Shown here piece after piece: positions 29,663 to 31,218 of a stretch of 31,218 nt of DNA. Positions within the stretch are counted from its first letter, which is position 1; the number at the start of each line of letters is the position of its first letter. The stretch spans positions 1-31,218 of the forward strand of contig CAZMQC010000002.1 of the NCBI GenBank assembly GCA_964568295.1, written 5' to 3'. The notes under the pieces are model-generated. The model ran no database searches, was not told the origin of the DNA, and was given only the letters and a program-made list of their open reading frames with translations. The stretch is from an uncultured Spongiibacteraceae bacterium (lineage in GTDB: Bacteria > Pseudomonadota > Gammaproteobacteria > Pseudomonadales > DT-91). Both the position numbers and the translations under genes were made by a program.

Positions 29663-31218
29663 TTATTCTTTATCGGCAAATGCTTCCGCCAATGCTGCTT
29701 CAACATCAAGAGCTGTTACAGCATTACCGCCCTCACTTGCTTTCATACGTTTTGCTTTACGCTCATTATGGTATGCCAAACCTGTACCTGCAGGAATCAA
29801 GCGACCCACCACAACGTTCTCTTTCAAGCCACGCAAGTAATCGCGCTTGCCGGTAACTGCAGCTTCTGTCAATACACGCGTTGTCTCTTGGAACGACGCT
29901 GCTGAAATAAAGCTTTCGGTTGCCAATGACGCTTTAGTAATACCTAGCAATACACGTTCGTATTGCGCAGGAATTTTACCGCTCGCGACCAATTTGTCAT
30001 TTGCTTCCAGTACTTCGTTGATATCAAGCTGTTCGCCCGTGATAAAATCGCTATCACCTGTTTGGGTAATTTCGATTTTACGCAGCATCTGGCGAATAAT
30101 CACTTCAATGTGCTTATCATTGATTTTAACACCTTGCAAACGGTAAACATCTTGAACTTCGTTAACAATATAGTTAGTTAACGCATCAACACCTTTCAAG
30201 CGTAAAATATCGTGCGGGCTTAATGGCCCCTCTGAAATCATCTCGCCTTTTTCGATGTTTTCACCCTCAAACACCGACAAGCTACGCCATTTTGGAATTA
30301 ACAACTCATACTGTTCATCTTGCGCACCGATATTGCTTTCTGGTGGAATGATGATCAAGCGACGCTTACCTTTGGTTTCTTTACCAAAGCTAATAGTACC
30401 CGAGATTTCCGCCAAAATAGCAGGCTCTTTCGGCTTACGCGCTTCGAACAAGTCGGCAACGCGAGGCAAACCACCGGTGATGTCACGGGTTTTCGAGCCT
30501 TCTTGTGGAATACGCGCTAATGCTTCACCTACTTTAACGTTATCACCATCGTTCAATGAGATCATCGCGCCTGATGGCAAGAAGTAACGTGCTGGTACGT
30601 TAGTGCCTGCAATCAACAACTCTTCGCCATCGTCATCCACCAAAGTAATAGACGGACGCATGTCTTTACCTGACACAGGACGATCCGCCGGATCCATTAT
30701 TTGGATGCTTGAAAGACCCGTTAAATCGTCTGTTTGGCGCTTAACTGTCACACCTTCTTCCATTGCACCAAAACGAACATGACCCGCTACTTCAGTAATG
30801 ATCGGATACATGAGTGGATCCCATGTTGCCACCACATCACCACTTTTCACCTCAGCTTGGTCAAGCAAATGAATAACCGCACCATAAGGTAACTTGTAAC
30901 GCTCTTTCTCACGGCCTGCTTTGTCAGTAATCGAAACGCCACCTGAACGTGAAGTTGCGACTAGTTTGCCATCTTCGCGCTCAACGAATTTCAAGTTTTG
31001 TAAACGTACAACACCATCGTGTTTAACTTGGATATTGTCATTTGCTGTTGCACGTGACGCAGCACCACCAATGTGGAACGTACGCATGGTTAACTGTGTA
31101 CCTGGCTCACCGATAGATTGCGCAGCGATAACACCAACAGCTTCACCTACGTTAACTTTATGGCCTCTTGCCAAGTCACGACCATAACAGGATGAACAAA
31201 CTCCATGGCGTGTTTCAC
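29663..31218 (-). CDS. rpoC: RNA polymerase beta' subunit, 3' part (runs off the right edge)
   Basis: The frame stays open past the track's TTG to the window edge ([19 protein letters not shown], Zn site); [18 protein letters not shown] trigger loop, SI3 insertion, [41 protein letters not shown]. Confidence 0.99.
   Translation of the reverse strand, partial: ETRHGVCSSCYGRDLARGHKVNVGEAVGVIAAQSIGEPGTQLTMRTFHIGGAASRATANDNIQVKHDGVVRLQNLKFVEREDGKLVATSRSGGVSITDKAGREKERYKLPYGAVIHLLDQAEVKSGDVVATWDPLMYPIITEVAGHVRFGAMEEGVTVKRQTDDLTGLSSIQIMDPADRPVSGKDMRPSITLVDDDGEELLIAGTNVPARYFLPSGAMISLNDGDNVKVGEALARIPQEGSKTRDITGGLPRVADLFEARKPKEPAILAEISGTISFGKETKGKRRLIIIPPESNIGAQDEQYELLIPKWRSLSVFEGENIEKGEMISEGPLSPHDILRLKGVDALTNYIVNEVQDVYRLQGVKINDKHIEVIIRQMLRKIEITQTGDSDFITGEQLDINEVLEANDKLVASGKIPAQYERVLLGITKASLATESFISAASFQETTRVLTEAAVTGKRDYLRGLKENVVVGRLIPAGTGLAYHNERKAKRMKASEGGNAVTALDVEAALAEAFADKE

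Overview
Core-genome window from a non-enteric gammaproteobacterium (Pseudomonadales/Cellvibrionales/Oceanospirillales-like by gene order and an EF-Tu indel; this placement is an inference). Left part: ilvIH, a DUF4124 gene, a small membrane ORF, a stand-alone DUF1329 gene, then kdsD-kdsC-lptC-lptA-lptB-rpoN-hpf-rapZ-yjgA(darP), with ptsN and npr absent. From 11434 to the right edge is an uninterrupted minus-strand supercluster: rpoC (3' part), str, S10, spc and alpha operons. I found no mobile elements, CRISPR arrays, rRNA or tRNA genes. Two genes missed by the ORF track were recovered (partial ilvH, rpmJ). The most interesting signals are non-coding. (1) The rpsJ-rplC spacer looks like a miniature copy of the 23S rRNA H18/H19/H20 junction (uL4/uL24 site) that overlaps the rplC ribosome-binding site. 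(2) An Ile/Leu/Val-rich uORF upstream of ilvIH is coupled to an ~19-bp long-range complementary segment, as in an attenuator. (3) A reverse-oriented sigma54 site sits at the rpoN promoter. (4) A hairpin sequesters the Shine-Dalgarno (SD) of the DUF1329 gene. (5) The ribosomal-protein promoters share a pyrimidine-only start window. All RNA pairings and promoter calls were made by eye; no folding or database search was run.
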